From Nemertoderma westbladi (lineage: Eukaryota; Animalia; Xenacoelomorpha): a DNA stretch of 64,000 nt. Under the pieces are notes generated by a model that had not been told where the DNA came from, did no database searches, and saw nothing but the letters and a program-made list of their open reading frames with translations. The translations under genes were made by a program, and so were the position numbers. Location: NCBI GenBank assembly GCA_032718475.1, contig JAUCBJ010001713.1, forward strand, positions 7,891-71,890, written 5' to 3'. Of the stretch, positions 1 through 13,424 are shown one piece after another; position 1 is the first letter of the stretch, and every line of letters begins with the position of its first letter.

Positions 1-290
1 ATTATTTTACTGTATAAGTACGTTGTAGTTGTGTACTGTTTATTCATTTATATTATACTGTATGTGCTTTGTATATGTGTTCTGTATAAATCTTTATACA
101 ATATTATTTTACTGTATATATGCGTTGCAGTTGTTGTGTACTGTGTATTCATTTATATTATACTGTATGTGCTTTGTATATATATGTGTAGGCCTACTGT
201 TTAGGGTTTATACATTATTATTCTGTATATGTGAGTTGTAGTTGTTGTATGTGCGCTGTAGTAGTCATTTATATTTTACTGTATCTGTTT
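1..290. repeat. Diverged ~100-bp AT-rich tandem repeat
   Basis: ATTATT(T)TACTGTAT...GTTGTAGTTG...TTCATTTATATTATACTGTATGTGCTTTGTATAT recurs at ~1, ~103 and ~215. Confidence 0.6.
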
Positions 291-3200
291 TATCCATTTA
301 TACATTTCTATTGTAATGTATAATATGTGCTTTCTGTTTGTACACTTATTGTATATTGTGTAATGTGTGTGTATTTGCGTTGTACGTAGAGTAGTGTGTA
401 GTCTGTAGTGGTAGTTTATACATGTTTCATTATACTGTATAATTTTCCGTTAATAGAGTTGAATTTTACTGTATATGTGCTTTCTATTTTTTGTATACTG
501 TATAGCATATACTGCTAGGCCTATATACCGGTAACTTTGCTGTCCAGTGCCCAATAATTAATACTTTTAACATTGATAAAGATAGCCATTGGCTTACGAA
601 ACGTCTGCTAAGCCTAATTACCTACTATATTTTTTTCATACCTGTGGCTGACAGTCCTTCATTTGTTTTATCTTTTAATAAAGATAACACTCTCAATCAA
701 CAAGCTCAAATCAGAGGAATGCAGAAATCAAGGAATGAGCTAATAGGGTAGATAACGTGTATTAAATATAAGCGTTAGCCCCAAGACATCCCATTGGTTG
801 ATTGTTGGGAATTGGTTAAGTAAGCTAGGTATATCAGAGCATGTTCCAAAACGAATATTGCATAGTATGATGTCACGTTGTGATTGGATAATATTTTCCA
901 TAACGGTAAGCCTATACCTTAGGCTCAACAATATACAGGTTCTAAGCTTCTGTCACTTAGCTCTTGATCGGTCTCTCCCACATACCTACCCCCACAGGAG
1001 CACACAATGGAGTAAACAACACCAGACACTTGTTCTGGTGGAAGCAAGTGTTTGGTTTTGTTACAGAGAGACCGACCGAGGGTGTTAACGGGCTTAGATC
1101 ATTACCGATCCGGTAGGTCAGATCCCCGTAAACCTGCGCCGTCCCCAAATCCAAGACCCCGCCATGGCCGACGACCACCGCGCAGACAGAGGGAGTTGGA
1201 ACGGAGTAAGGAAAACTGGAGGCGCCTCCGAACTCCACCCAAGACCCAGGCGAGGCCGCGTTCCCTCATGCTTTGCCGTCGCTAGACTAAGGTCTCGGCG
1301 AGTTGGCGAATAAGGATTTCGGCCTCCTTGCACCACACACATTATTAATAAATAATTGAATAAAAATTTATACTGCAGTAACAAATTATTTGTTACTGCA
1401 GAAAAAGGCAATTTTTTATTACTGCAGTAAGTTTAATTCTTACTTTCAGCAACAAATATTTATTACTGCAGTATTTTTTGGAGGCATCTTTATTGTTTCA
1501 TAGAGGTTTTTATTACTTATATTTTACCCTATAGTTAAAGTCAATATACCCCATACCATAACCAGCTTCAGGCAGGCTGTATGAAATGACTGACAGTACT
1601 ACTTTGAAATCTTTTGGACCACTTTTAGATATTTGAGACACTTTTAGTTCTTTGAGAAAATCTCAAAGAACAGATGCACTTTGAGACCCCGACTGTATTT
1701 GCAATCAGAAAAACGAGGCGCATCTTTCTAGCCAAGTCTTAAGACGTAATTATGAAGTCCTAAGGAGTTACATTTTTGCCAAAACCGTCTATCTCAACAT
1801 CTGTCAATAATAGTAAATCCCAAAACCATCTATCTTTACTTAAATTGATTTGGGATTAAACACCAAGTTTGAATTTATGGTTTCCTTTATGCCGAAACCG
1901 TCTATCTGTGTATTCTGCCTACTTGTATTCCATTGGATTCAATATCTAATAATTAGTCATTTGTATTTGCCAAAACAGTCTATCTCTATAATCTACAATA
2001 CAATAATGACTCTAAACTTGCCTTATAGCCTACAATTATGCTTTTACTAGTACATTGTTTTACTAGTTTCCTAAAATTTAATGGGCTATCCAACATCGCA
2101 AATGCCATTTATATAGCTACAGTATGTTAGTTTTCGTGCCATGGTACCTTTCTGACACCCATCTCCAGATTTTTCGTGCTAAAAGTTTCAAAAGTTTTTA
2201 TGACTAACTAAAATAAATTTACTTGTGGTATATCGCGTTTTTTGGATGTTGATGACAATTGTAGAACTCAAATATAACATTCGAGAAAATTTGTAATTTT
2301 GAATGTGCCCCCCCACACGAAAAAACAAGTAGGCCTAATGATGATGAGTAATGACATGATAATGAAAAATCAGCATGAAATCAAGCCAATTTCATGACCT
2401 TTATTGAAATTCTTTATTTTTTTTTGGAGTGCTGATCACGAATATGACACTGAAATATATCGTACCTTGTTGAAAATGGCATTTTTAGAAATGTGTCAAT
2501 GTGCGGCTCGAAAAATATAAATGTACAGTAGAACAAATTTGATAATCAAAAATCATTACCAAATCAACCTTATTTCATGACTTATTGTTATTATGACTTA
2601 TTTCATGATTAGGGGTTTTCTGAGAAGCTGATCACGAATATGAGACTCAACAATATCATATTATCCAACTAAATTCAATTTTTGGCATTTGTAAGTTTTA
2701 TGCTACAGTTGCATTTTTCATCCCACCAGAGAAGCACTAAAAACGAAAGTTTCATTACCAGTAAAGATTTTTAATGAGTACCCTGCAAACCAGAAGTATC
2801 CGAGGATTAATTTTGTATTGGAAATTTAATGCTGCTAAAAAGTTGTGCAATAGTGCAATGAGACAAATTATTTGAGAAAAACCCAAAATTGTACATTTTA
2901 ATATTGAAGTAATCTAAAATAATATTTAAATACTAATATTAAAATTCAGATAGTGAAATGACATTCAGAATACATTCGAACAGCAATGTTTTTTATTTAC
3001 ACACTTATTCGCAACATAATATTTTGAATGATATTCTAATACTATATCCCATACTATTGATATTATAATCTATTTCCAATGTTATCGAAATATTCAAATC
3101 AGAATATTTTCTTTGGAAATGAATTTGCATTGGGAATGAATCATAGCATTGTTATAACAATGATACGAAAAGGTTATTCTAACGTTGTTTTTCGAATGTT

Positions 3201-4736
3201 GGCGGGTCATACTACAAAGGCTTTGAATAACAATATTATACTAATGTTATCCTAATGTTATCTTTATTAGGCCCTCTGTGGTACAGAACTTTGCACATGT
3301 ATTTCCATTGTTTTCATTATCGTTATTGTCCAGTCCTTGCCAGTGCAGATTGTTGTTTAACACACCTACTCAGTGAGTGTCAACTAGGCCTCCATAACTG
3401 TAGGGTGTACAACTATATAATTTTAATTATTTAATTTGCATCCACATGAACCAAATGTGTTCATGTTTTGGTTTTCCTGGACCGTAACTTACAGTACAGT
3501 ATATGGATGTTTTTCAGTACGGTTCCATACAGCCATACCCACAGTAGGCCTACAGATATATCAGTTCCAATGTGCGCGGTTGTCACATAATACATACAGT
3601 AGAATGGCAGAACACCCTCCCCCCCCTAACAAATGAATGCAAAATTAACCTAGGTGGGTACATGTATTTCACAACCAGATAGAGGTGGGGGTGGGGGAGT
3701 GGCGCTTTGCACAATTAAATGCATGGGCGGATTAACAATGAGACCAATAAGGCACGTGCCACAGAGACCACGCACGAGATCCGAAAGGCAGCTTGCGTTT
3801 TAGTTACAGTAAATAACTAAATATTGTTAAAAATTATCTGCACAATAAACAAACTTCGAGAGGGGGGTCAGGGTGGGTGTTTGCCTGTCATGCCCCCTCT
3901 ACACAACATTGTTCACTCCTTGGAGGAAATAAAGGAGGAAGGAGGAGTTGAAGAGTGTCCAAGGAACTTTAAAAATAATGGAATGGATTCAAGGAGAGAC
4001 TCTTCATTCAGAGGTCCTGTTCCCCGGTAGGTCCAGCCGGTAGGATACTCCTGAGGATGTAGCCAAATGGGAAAAGGCCCAAAAGGAGAATAATGCACTG
4101 GCAAAGTACATATAAGGTGAGAATGATAATGGCATCTTTATCCTTTTATCCTATATGGGAAGTCGAAATTGACATTAAATTATTTAACAAATTGTGTAAA
4201 ACAGAATCAGGAATTGTTGAAGATTACAATACCTTCGGGTAGTAGCTATCGAAAAAGGAGCCTTCTGGTCGCTTCCGGCTTCAGCCGACTCTTTGCTTTG
4301 CTTGATACGTTCTAGAAACGTATTCTTTTGATTTCATATTATTTATTATAGATCAGTAATTAATAATTTTTACTAATGTAATAATTGTTTATATATTTTA
4401 GCATTAAAATGTTAGTAAGCGAAGAGTTTTTTCTAATCTTTGTAGATTGACGAATTCTCCAACTTCTCACAATCACTATCGGCTGCGAGTTTTGACATCT
4501 GTGCACGATGGATGGAAACACATTCGCCGAGAAATATGGAAAAACCGCTAGACATGCAATCGGGAAAATTAATCATTCTAAGATGTATTAAAGGGTAGAC
4601 AATTTTTCATTTTTGTTACATACCGATATGGAATTGTTACAGTACATATAGGCTACGCCGGCACACATACAGTACATTGACGCTAATGCAAGTTGGTATA
4701 TGACATTTATTTATTTATTTCTGACATTTATTGACA

Positions 4737-5432
4737 CATTGTAGGGCCTTTGCGCAGCACGAAAGTCTATAAAAAAGTTACTAATCTCTATTAGATAAAC
4801 GAAAACCGTCATTTCCAAGATATCAATCAGTGATGCATAAACTAGTTGTAAAAAACAGAGGTCCATTTCAGTTTAACCTTACATGCTTTTTAACTATTTA
4901 ACTTGACTTGAGTATTTAACCTGCCTTAACACGATTTATAGAAGATGGATACTTGTATCCACTACAAAACTTGTTGCGTTCGTCCTATACAACCTGGTCA
5001 CCAAATATATGCCTTAAAACATTCCTTTGGCAATATTGGATAAAATGTCAAACCGTCTAATATGCTAAACCAGGTTGTTTACGAGTTATTGTTAAAACAC
5101 TCGTCTTCATTACAACCCTCGTTGCACTCGTCCTGTACATCTGATCACCAAATAACTAGCATATGACATTCCACCACCGGTGCTATCAAATTGACATATC
5201 GTCCGATATTCTGTACTAAAGTTGCAAGTATAGTCAACATAATACTAGTCTCCTTCATCATTAGCTCATCCTGAAGGCCCCACGCAAATTCTATTTTGGA
5301 AAATTGATAAACTTTTGCCAAACAACATGTGTACTAAGTTGGATTAGATTTCATAGAGAATTAGCCGAGTTATTCACATTTAAAAACACGGACCCACAGA
5401 TCTAGAGAACACTTACTTTCATGGCTCGCCCC
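4737..5432 (+). mobile_element. Non-autonomous TIR-less element flanked by ACA (ACA-family copy 1)
   Basis: Starts ACA|CATTGTAGGGCCTTTGCGCAGCACG and ends TGGCTCGCCCC|ACA. Internal inverted copy of the 5' motif (GAAGGCCCCACG) at 5273-5284. Segment 5270-5385 matches the reverse complement of ~13570-13685. Confidence 0.65.
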
Positions 5433-5573
5433 ACATTCACGCAGTAGGATAATTTGGACATAATATTATTGTGTTTCATTTTATGTAAAGAAAGTAAAGT
5501 AAATAACTTTATTCTGTACCCTAGGAAGAACTGCTATAGTTTGAAGCTCGTAACATAATAACCTAACGTAACA

Positions 5574-5635
5574 CGTCCGTGGGGCCTTCGCGCAGCACGA
5601 GGCTCACTTATGAGATACAAATTTCAATTAAATTT
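5574..5635 (+). mobile_element. Isolated 5' end of ACA-family element
   Basis: ACA|CGTCCGTGGGGCCTTCGCGCAGCACGAGGCTCACTTATGAGATACAAATT closely matches the reverse complement of 15020-15070. Confidence 0.6.
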
Positions 5636-6938
5636 ATTCTAGCTTTCTCACTGAACACTAGTCCTATGGTGTTGACGCGAAGGTGGAGAAAGTGATTACA
5701 AACTATTTTGTTCAAGTTGCGTGGCGCGATGGTGGATCTACTGAAAGAACATGTTAGTATAATTACAGTATATTACTGTATAATGTATAGATAATGATAT
5801 ATGTGTATATATAATGAAAGATTAGTTTTGTATTAGATAAATAATAGTGGTGAGGATTTGTGTGTTAAATATTATGTATGTGGGTTGGTTTAGATTTGAG
5901 TATTTATAACATAATTTTCTTAACGTATATGACGGAATACCATTTCGCTGTGAACTTAATATTATGGTAATCCAATAATGTAATCAATGTAATCTTAATT
6001 AATGTAATCTTAATTACTTTACAGTGCTAGAAAAGTTGGAGGAGCCGAGGAGTGTATCGCAATCGAAAAGATAGAAAACGAAATAGAGACTGGAATTTAA
6101 CTTTTGATTTGACTTATAAGAACTTATACTGTATAGGCCTACATGTGCATAAAATAGGTCAACCTTTATTTATATCAAATTTTAATTGTTTGTATCTTGT
6201 AATATCTTTTCAATTAATAATAAAATTGTAATAGATTGTCCTATTAGGTATCGGAACGTTCTGTGTTTTTATACCTACGAGGTTAGCACTACATTGGGGA
6301 TTAAACAGACATTCTGGTAAATTATTGTTGTTAGATATATTTGCTATAAGATAATAAGATAAAAGCATTGCGTCTTGGATTGGTGGGTTTCATTTCCATA
6401 TTTTCAACGGGTGTACACTGTACAGTACACATAATGCTAATATTATTATTCATATTATGATTATAATATTAATAAATAGCGTTTTTACCCATTGTTATTC
6501 TGTATTATTATAAAACAAACCGCACCAATTTTGTTCAGGTGTATTAAGTTATTGCATTTATAGAAATAACCGTGTTTATATGGAAACTCTATGTAGGCCT
6601 ATTACGAAATACCATGCATTTAATAACATTAAAATCATAATGTTTTAGTATTGATGTACTAATGTTAGAATAATAATGAGAAAATAGTGAGAAACTAAAT
6701 CAGGAATGCTATGAGAATGCTATGAAATAATTCCAATATTAGCTTAATGTTAGAATAACATTAGAATGTTAAGGGTGGGAAACCCACTAACTATTAGAAT
6801 TCCAATGTTAAAATAACACTGATTAATATTGGTTACCGAATACTGCCGAAAGTGCACTTTTATTGCACAGGGTCCGAGCGCTTTGCCAAAAAAATATTAA
6901 AACTGGCATTAGTTTAACATTTGAATTTTAATATTTTA

Positions 6939-9054
6939 TCTATCTATCTATCTATCTATACATATAAATATCCTCTGTCTGTCTGTGAGTCTGTGAGTCT
7001 GTGAGTCTATGAGTCTGTGAGTCTGTCCAAGCTATACGCTCCGACACACATGCACCAATCTGAGCAAATGATACATCGATCGAAAGCTCTCGTCCTGAGC
7101 ACGTAAACTATCGCAATCTCGAGGCTAATTTTACGCGTTTGCTTGCGTGAATGCGTATTTTGTGTTCGTTCGGGCGAAATGTATCGAATTATTTCGGTTC
7201 TTCTATCGGTAATTAATTATTTAGAGGGGTAACATTTATCCCATCTGGTATCAAATTAACATGAGTAGATTCGCCATGTCCCATTCTCACAAAGTATTTA
7301 TTTTATTCGAGTGTTTAATATAAATATGTATGATTATTTATTGATTAAAAATCAAATAGTGTATAAATATGTCATATTCGCCAAGCACGATCGAATTGGC
7401 CTATTCTTAGTGCTGTAGTGAATAGGGAAGGATTTTTTTCTGTATCATAGCAACGTTAAGGTAATTATTGAAATCGCAGCTAGCTGGCTGGGCACAGATA
7501 AGGAGCAAGCAGGCTGGAGTGTTGATTGGGGTGGGGTGGGTTTGGGTTGTCTGTTGCGAATTGCTCAGAGTAATTCTGCTTTCTCAATCATTGGCTGCAT
7601 GGAAGGAGAGGTTTATAACATTTTTGTTTTACTGTTATGAATATTAAAAGTAAAATAATTATTTCTGTAGGCCTATACTTACTGTATTATTATTTTATCT
7701 AATATTATACATCTAATCTCGATGAAATCTCGCTTACTATAGCTCGTTAGATAGGTCTCGCCCTAACTCGTTGCAACGTAATACTCAGAGCCGTCTGAAG
7801 TTCCCCCATCTGCCGCTAGAGGGCGAATTGTCCGATAGTGAAAACCTGATCTCATTGGGTTGTTTTTAATGCTTTTAGCTGAAACTTGGTAGCTATATAC
7901 TGCAGCATAGGCTGTATATTTCCGGAGTCACTGAGTTGTCCACAGTTCCCCAGTCTACCGTTAGAGGGCTAAATGTCTGAGAGTTAACATCTTCTCCAAC
8001 TTTGTTATTTATAATCCATTTAGACTGAACTTGGTAGGCATCTACTACAGCATAGGCTATATCTTTACTGAGTCGCGCAGAGTTGTCTACATTACCCGCG
8101 TCTGCCGCTAGAGGGCGAAATGTATGAAAGTTAACATCTCCTCCAACTTTGTTATTTACAATCCTTTTAGACTGAAACTTGGTAGGCATCTACTACAGCA
8201 TAGGCTACCTTTACGGAGTTACAGAGTTGTATACAGTCCCCCCATCTGCCGCTAGAGGGCGACATATCTGATAGTGAACACCTCATCCCATTTGGTTCTT
8301 TTTAATCATTTTGAGCTGAAACTTGGTTGGTATCTACTACATCATAGGCTGTATCTTTACGGGGTTGCAGAATCCTATTCACTTCCCCAGTCTACCGCTA
8401 GAGGGTGAAATGTCTGAAAGTTAACATCTTCTCCAACTTTGTTATTTACTAACGGTTTAGACTGAAACTTGGTAGGCATCTACTACAGCATAGGCTGTAC
8501 CTTTACGGAGTCACAGAGTTGTATACAGCCCCCCCATCTGCCGCTAGAGGGCGACATATCTGATAGTGAACACCTCATCCCATTTGGTTCTTTTTAATCC
8601 TATTGAGCTGGAACTTGGCAAGAATCTACTACAGCATATTCTGTATCTTTACGGAGTCCCAGAGTCGTCCACAGTTCTTCAGTCTACCGCTAGAGGGTGA
8701 AATGTCTGAATGTGAACATCTACATCAATTTTGTTATTGACAATCTGTTTAAGCTGAAACTTGAAAGGCAGGCATTTTACTTCACCATAAACCCCATCTT
8801 TACCAAACTGCAGCGCCGTCTGCATTTCACCAGTCCGCAGGTAGAGGGTGGATCTGAAAGTGATCATTTTCTGGAAATTTTGTTATTTACAATCTGCCTA
8901 AAGTTGAAACTTGACAGTTATCTCTTATGGGGGTGGTGTTTTATTTAATGATGGTGTCTGTTCCGTATGCAGTTCTCAAATCTCCCACACATATTCATAT
9001 ATCATCTGCACGTGCACTAGAAAGCTGTGGCCCGAAGGGCCACAGGCTTTCTAG
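6939..9054 (+). mobile_element. Non-autonomous Helitron, copy A
   Basis: 5' A|TCTATC..., TCTG/TGAG microsatellite near the 5' end, 3' GC hairpin GTGGCCC-GAA-GGGCCAC followed by CTAG|T (9051-9054). These are canonical Helitron termini with no TSD. Confidence 0.85.
7790..8900. repeat. ~146-bp tandem repeat (about 8 units), each with a CTCF-like CCGCTAGAGGGCG motif
   Basis: Motif starts at 7813, 7958, 8105, 8249, 8395, 8541, 8687 and 8835; two alternating unit subtypes. Confidence 0.85.
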
Positions 9055-10705
9055 TCTATCTATATAAATATCCTCTGTCTGTCTGTGAGTCTGTGAGTCT
9101 ATGAGTCTGTGAGTCTGTCCAAGCTATACGCTCCGACACACGAGCACCAATCTGAGCGAATGATACATCGATCGAAAGCTCTCGTCCCGAGCACGTAAAC
9201 TATCGCTATCTCGAGGCTTATTTTACGCGTATGCTTGCGTGAATGCGTATTTTGTATTCGCTGCAACATGTTGTGTGATAAAATCTCAAAGTGATTCGAA
9301 TATTCCTTTTGGCAGTACAGGCCTGGCAAAGCTGAGAGTTAGTTAGCAAGGCAGCTAGCTACTTGCAGACCAATCATAGGTGGCCTGCAGCAGGCTGGGT
9401 TGGTTAAGTAGTAATCTCAATAAATAGGACCCAGCAGGAGAGTGGAGTGGATCTACTGTGATTGGTTCTTGACTTACATTGGTAAGAACAAGCAGTAAAT
9501 CTTAGATTAGCTTTTTTTCAGTTCACATATTGTTTATAATCATAAACACAAAATGATTCAATTATTCATTTTTGCAATGTACCGGATGGGTGCTAGCGAG
9601 GTAGGCCTAGCAGGTCGTCAGTCCGTCATCCTACAAGTTGGATCTTGACTCTATCATGTGCGTGCACCTATATAATGCAGACCATCCTCAGCCCGTGAAC
9701 ATGAATTGTAAAGGCTATCTCGAGGCTGATTTTTTACACATTTACTTGATACTTGCATGAATGCGTCTTTGAGGTAAAATTGCATTATTCTGCAGTTGTT
9801 TTGTTATCGGAGAAATTACTGATCAGCAAGCAGGAAATTATAACAGCATCATCGTAACCACTCTGCTGACACTTTGCAGAATAAATTCTACCTGACCATA
9901 GCTGCGTGTTGGGAGGACGCCGACCAGTTTGCGGTTCTTCAGTCTGCCACTAGGAGGCGAAATGTCTGAAAGTGAAAATCTTATCCTATTTTGTTATTAA
10001 TAATGATTTTTAGCTGATACTTAGGTCCTTTACACAATATGTTTATAATGTTTTTTGCTGATACCAAGCAGAGTATACTACACCGTAGGGTGTGTATTTG
10101 GGCTTGGGGAGACGATGACTAATCTACAGTTCCCCATTCTGCCGCTATTAGGTGATGAAATGTCTGAATGAGGAAACCTACAATTTTGTTATTTATGAAT
10201 GCTTTTTTGCTGATACTTGGCACTTGGCAGAGGACTACTACACCATAGTCGTCATGTTTGGGGAGGACGCTAACCAGTGCATAATTATGCAGTCTGCCAC
10301 TAGGGGGCGAAATGTATGAAATTAAAACCTTCCATTTTAATACGATAGAGTTGCTGCAGTGACCTACTGCACTATAGATTATGTTTGCGAGGACGCTAAC
10401 CACTACTCTGCAGTTATACAGTTTTCCACTAAGGGGAAAATATTACACACAGTTTAAACCTTTTCACATTTTATTATTTGTAATCCATTGGAGGTGTTAC
10501 TTGGAAGGTATCTACTACAACATAAAGCCTTATGTTTATTATTGTATGTAGCTGCAACTAAAACGGGATCAGTCTGTTAGTCATATGTAAAGTTTTGTTA
10601 AGTTAATTAATTAATTTATTTATGTTTGATATTGTCCATTGATTGATTGATTGTATAGAAGCTTGTGAACTAGAAAGCCGTGGCCGAAGGCCACGGGCTT
10701 TCTAG
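9055..10705 (+). mobile_element. Non-autonomous Helitron, copy B, head-to-tail with copy A
   Basis: First ~200 bp nearly identical to the copy A 5' end. Ends CTAGAAAGCCGTGGCCGAAGGCCACGGGCTTTCTAG|T. Degenerate CCACTAGG(A/G)GGCG repeats at ~9947 and ~10297. Confidence 0.85.
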
Positions 10706-10732
10706 TTATTTGAATAAAGATGTTAATAAACA

Positions 10733-11011
10733 TTATTTTAATGTTGCTATGGTTTGCAGGGTACCATTAAATAGCAAATATACGGTGGAGTTACTGGCAT
10801 ATCGCCCAATACATAACAAACCCCTTAGGAGCCTCCTATAATGAATTTCCAGGATTTCAATCTGCGATTGGGATAGGGCACCAAGAAGGAATTTAAGTCT
10901 ATATAAAATCAAGGGCACGCCTACAGCCTTCCACAATCTAACCACTGTCTTGCAGTCCAACCACTTAACAGTCCATGATTTCCTGCGGAAAATGGCATGG
11001 ACCAATGGCAT
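10733..11011 (-). mobile_element. Degenerate non-LTR retrotransposon fragment (post-RT region)
   Basis: Translation ...PLILYRL...QIEILEIHYRRLLRGLLCIGRYASNSTVYLL resembles the C-terminal thumb region of LINE reverse transcriptases. Confidence 0.4.
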
Positions 11012-11509
11012 GGTTGTACGGGTATCACTAGTTCATTTCCAACCATGGCGGACGATTTATTATTAACCTCCATACATTCGGCGACAGACCAACCAACAGA
11101 CAGACAGCAGTTGAAACACTGGTTGTATGCTAAGCTCGTAAACAATTTACTCTGCTCTGCTGCTGAAACTGCAGCACAATACTACAGTATGTAGGAGGCC
11201 TACAGGTAGGCCTACAGTAACTGTTGAACATAGTACGTATTGCAGAATACTGATTTACATGATTTGAGTGTTGTGCTGGCGAGTGTTCTCCCCACTCCCA
11301 CATGTTTGACTGTTTTCCTGTGACATGCCAGCGATATGTGGAGCCGCAGAATTACTTTTAGGACTGCGATTTAATGTTATTGAAATTGTTTGTGGCCATT
11401 TTTGACTGTGGTGTAGGCCTACTGTTTCACAGTTTTTAGGTGTTTTCACAAATTCCACCTATCATGAAGTTGCAACTTGCCAGCATTGGCTTACAGATAC
11501 CATTACTTC

Positions 11510-11720
11510 TGTCGGTTGGTGTCTGTTTGTCTATGTATCGGTCTGCGTGTCTGTTTGTCTATCTATCGGTCTGCGTGTCTGTTTGTCTATCTATCGGTCT
11601 GCGTGTCTGTATGTCTATCTATCGGTCTGTTTGTCTATCTATCGGTCTGCGTGTCTGTTTGTCTATCTATCGGTCTGTTTGTCTATCTATCGGTCTGCGT
11701 GTCTGTTTGTCTATCTATCT
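11510..11720. repeat. Short GTCT/ATCT minisatellite array (20/28-bp units)
   Basis: Units GGTCTGCGTGTCTGTTTGTCTATCTATC and GGTCTGTTTGTCTATCTATC, as in the large arrays downstream. Confidence 0.9.
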
Positions 11721-12094
11721 ATATTTTTATTTATATATCTATCTATATTAATAAACATAACATACAGCTAGTCATTATTCATTCAGACATACCGTATCTG
11801 TAGCATAGACGTAGGACCACAGTACGTCGTATGTAATAAAGTAGAACGTAGTACATAAATACAAGGACTAGGCCTACTGATGTAGTCTTCAATATTCTTT
11901 CTATAATTCATATTGTAACATTTGAGTAATTTCAAAAAATGTACACTTTACTTGACAACAAAAATTTACATGCAGTGTTTCTTAAGTAGTTGTTTCGTAA
12001 TGTTACAGTTTTGGAATAAAACAACGTACCTACTGTAGTACAGTATTTACAGTATAAATAGTAAATAATTAATAAACTAATAACTTACTGTAGG

Positions 12095-13424
12095 ACTATT
12101 GTACCTATTTTTACATTGCACACGGAGATGAGATTTAACTGCTGATTTAAAAGAATGTTGATTATCTAGGTTTTTAATTTCATTAGGCAGAGCGTTCCAA
12201 TTTTTAATGCCGTTAAAAAAGAAAGCATCAGATTCAAAGGATTTACAATTCGGGAGGTAGAAGTTTGAAGCACTAGCTAGCTGGTACTGTAAGAGTGTGT
12301 ATCGCGTACTCTGTTGAATTTTTGTTTTAGGTTATTATTGGGACATTTAACATTATACACTTTATGCACATGGTTAAGGCGTAGCTGCTTAACTCTACTA
12401 TCTAAGTTAAGTAGTCCAGATTCAGAAAAGTCATCTGGAGTTAGGTGGTGCCTAGGTTTGTAGTCTTTAATAAATCGTACTACTTTATTCTGAGCTACTT
12501 GTAATTTACATTTAAGCTGTTTGGTTAAGCCTTCATACCAAGAAGAGCACGCATAGTCCATGTGACACTGTATTAAAGAAGAGCAAAGTAACTTGCGGGA
12601 GTCGGTGTTCAAACTATTTTTATTTATGTATAGAAACCTAAGCCTACTGTTAACTTTCGAGAAAATATTTTTCACTGTACTTTCTCCTGATAAGCAGTTA
12701 TCCAATGTGGCGCCTAAATATTTAACTTCCTTTTTATTTTCAATCTTATGTCCATTACTAGTGACTTCATCAAACTTAGTTACCTTCTTTAACTTTCTTT
12801 TGGAACCAAACAAAATACTTTCAGTCTTACCGTAGTGAATGGATAGCTTATTTTCAACCAACCACTCATTACAGGATTCTAGAACTGCACTTAACTTTTG
12901 GGAAATATGGATAGGATCTTTATGAGAGAAAATAAGAGCACTGTCGTCGGCATATAAAATGAGTTTAAAATCGGGATCTATACTACTTATCATATCATTT
13001 ACATAACATACAAAAAGCAGAGGACCTAATATACTACCTTGCAGTACACCACAGGTAATCTCTTGTACAGTAGACTGCGATTTGCTAATGACTACAGTTT
13101 GACCTCTGTCTGACAGGTAGGACTTGAACCAGTCTATAGAACCTACACCCATCAGGCCTAACTTACCGAGCAGAATTTCGTGATCTACAGTATCGAAAGC
13201 CTTTTGTAGGTCCAACATTACCATACCAGTATATAAACCCTTTGCGTTATTACATCTAATTGTATCAGTTAAGTTAATAAGGCAGGTGTCTGTAGAATAT
13301 GATTTTCGAAAACCGGACTGAAGTTCATAGATCAGATTTAGCCTACTAAGATGTGCCTCCAGCTGTAGATAAACAGAACGTTCTAGAATTTTAGATACAA
13401 TACTTAAGATACTAACAGGTCTGT
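12095..13424 (-). mobile_element. CR1/L2-type LINE, RT domain and 3' end (disrupted)
   Basis: Motifs [54 protein letters not shown]; frameshift near 12277. Confidence 0.9.

Noticed and set aside
1247-1330. HDV-like ribozyme suggested by GGCGAAT
   Set aside because: Could not build P1/P2/P3 and the nested pseudoknot; it folds as a simple hairpin
2780-6873. Large foldback element suggested by TAATGTTAT versus ATAACATTA motif clusters
   Set aside because: Arms too degenerate to align or to define termini by eye
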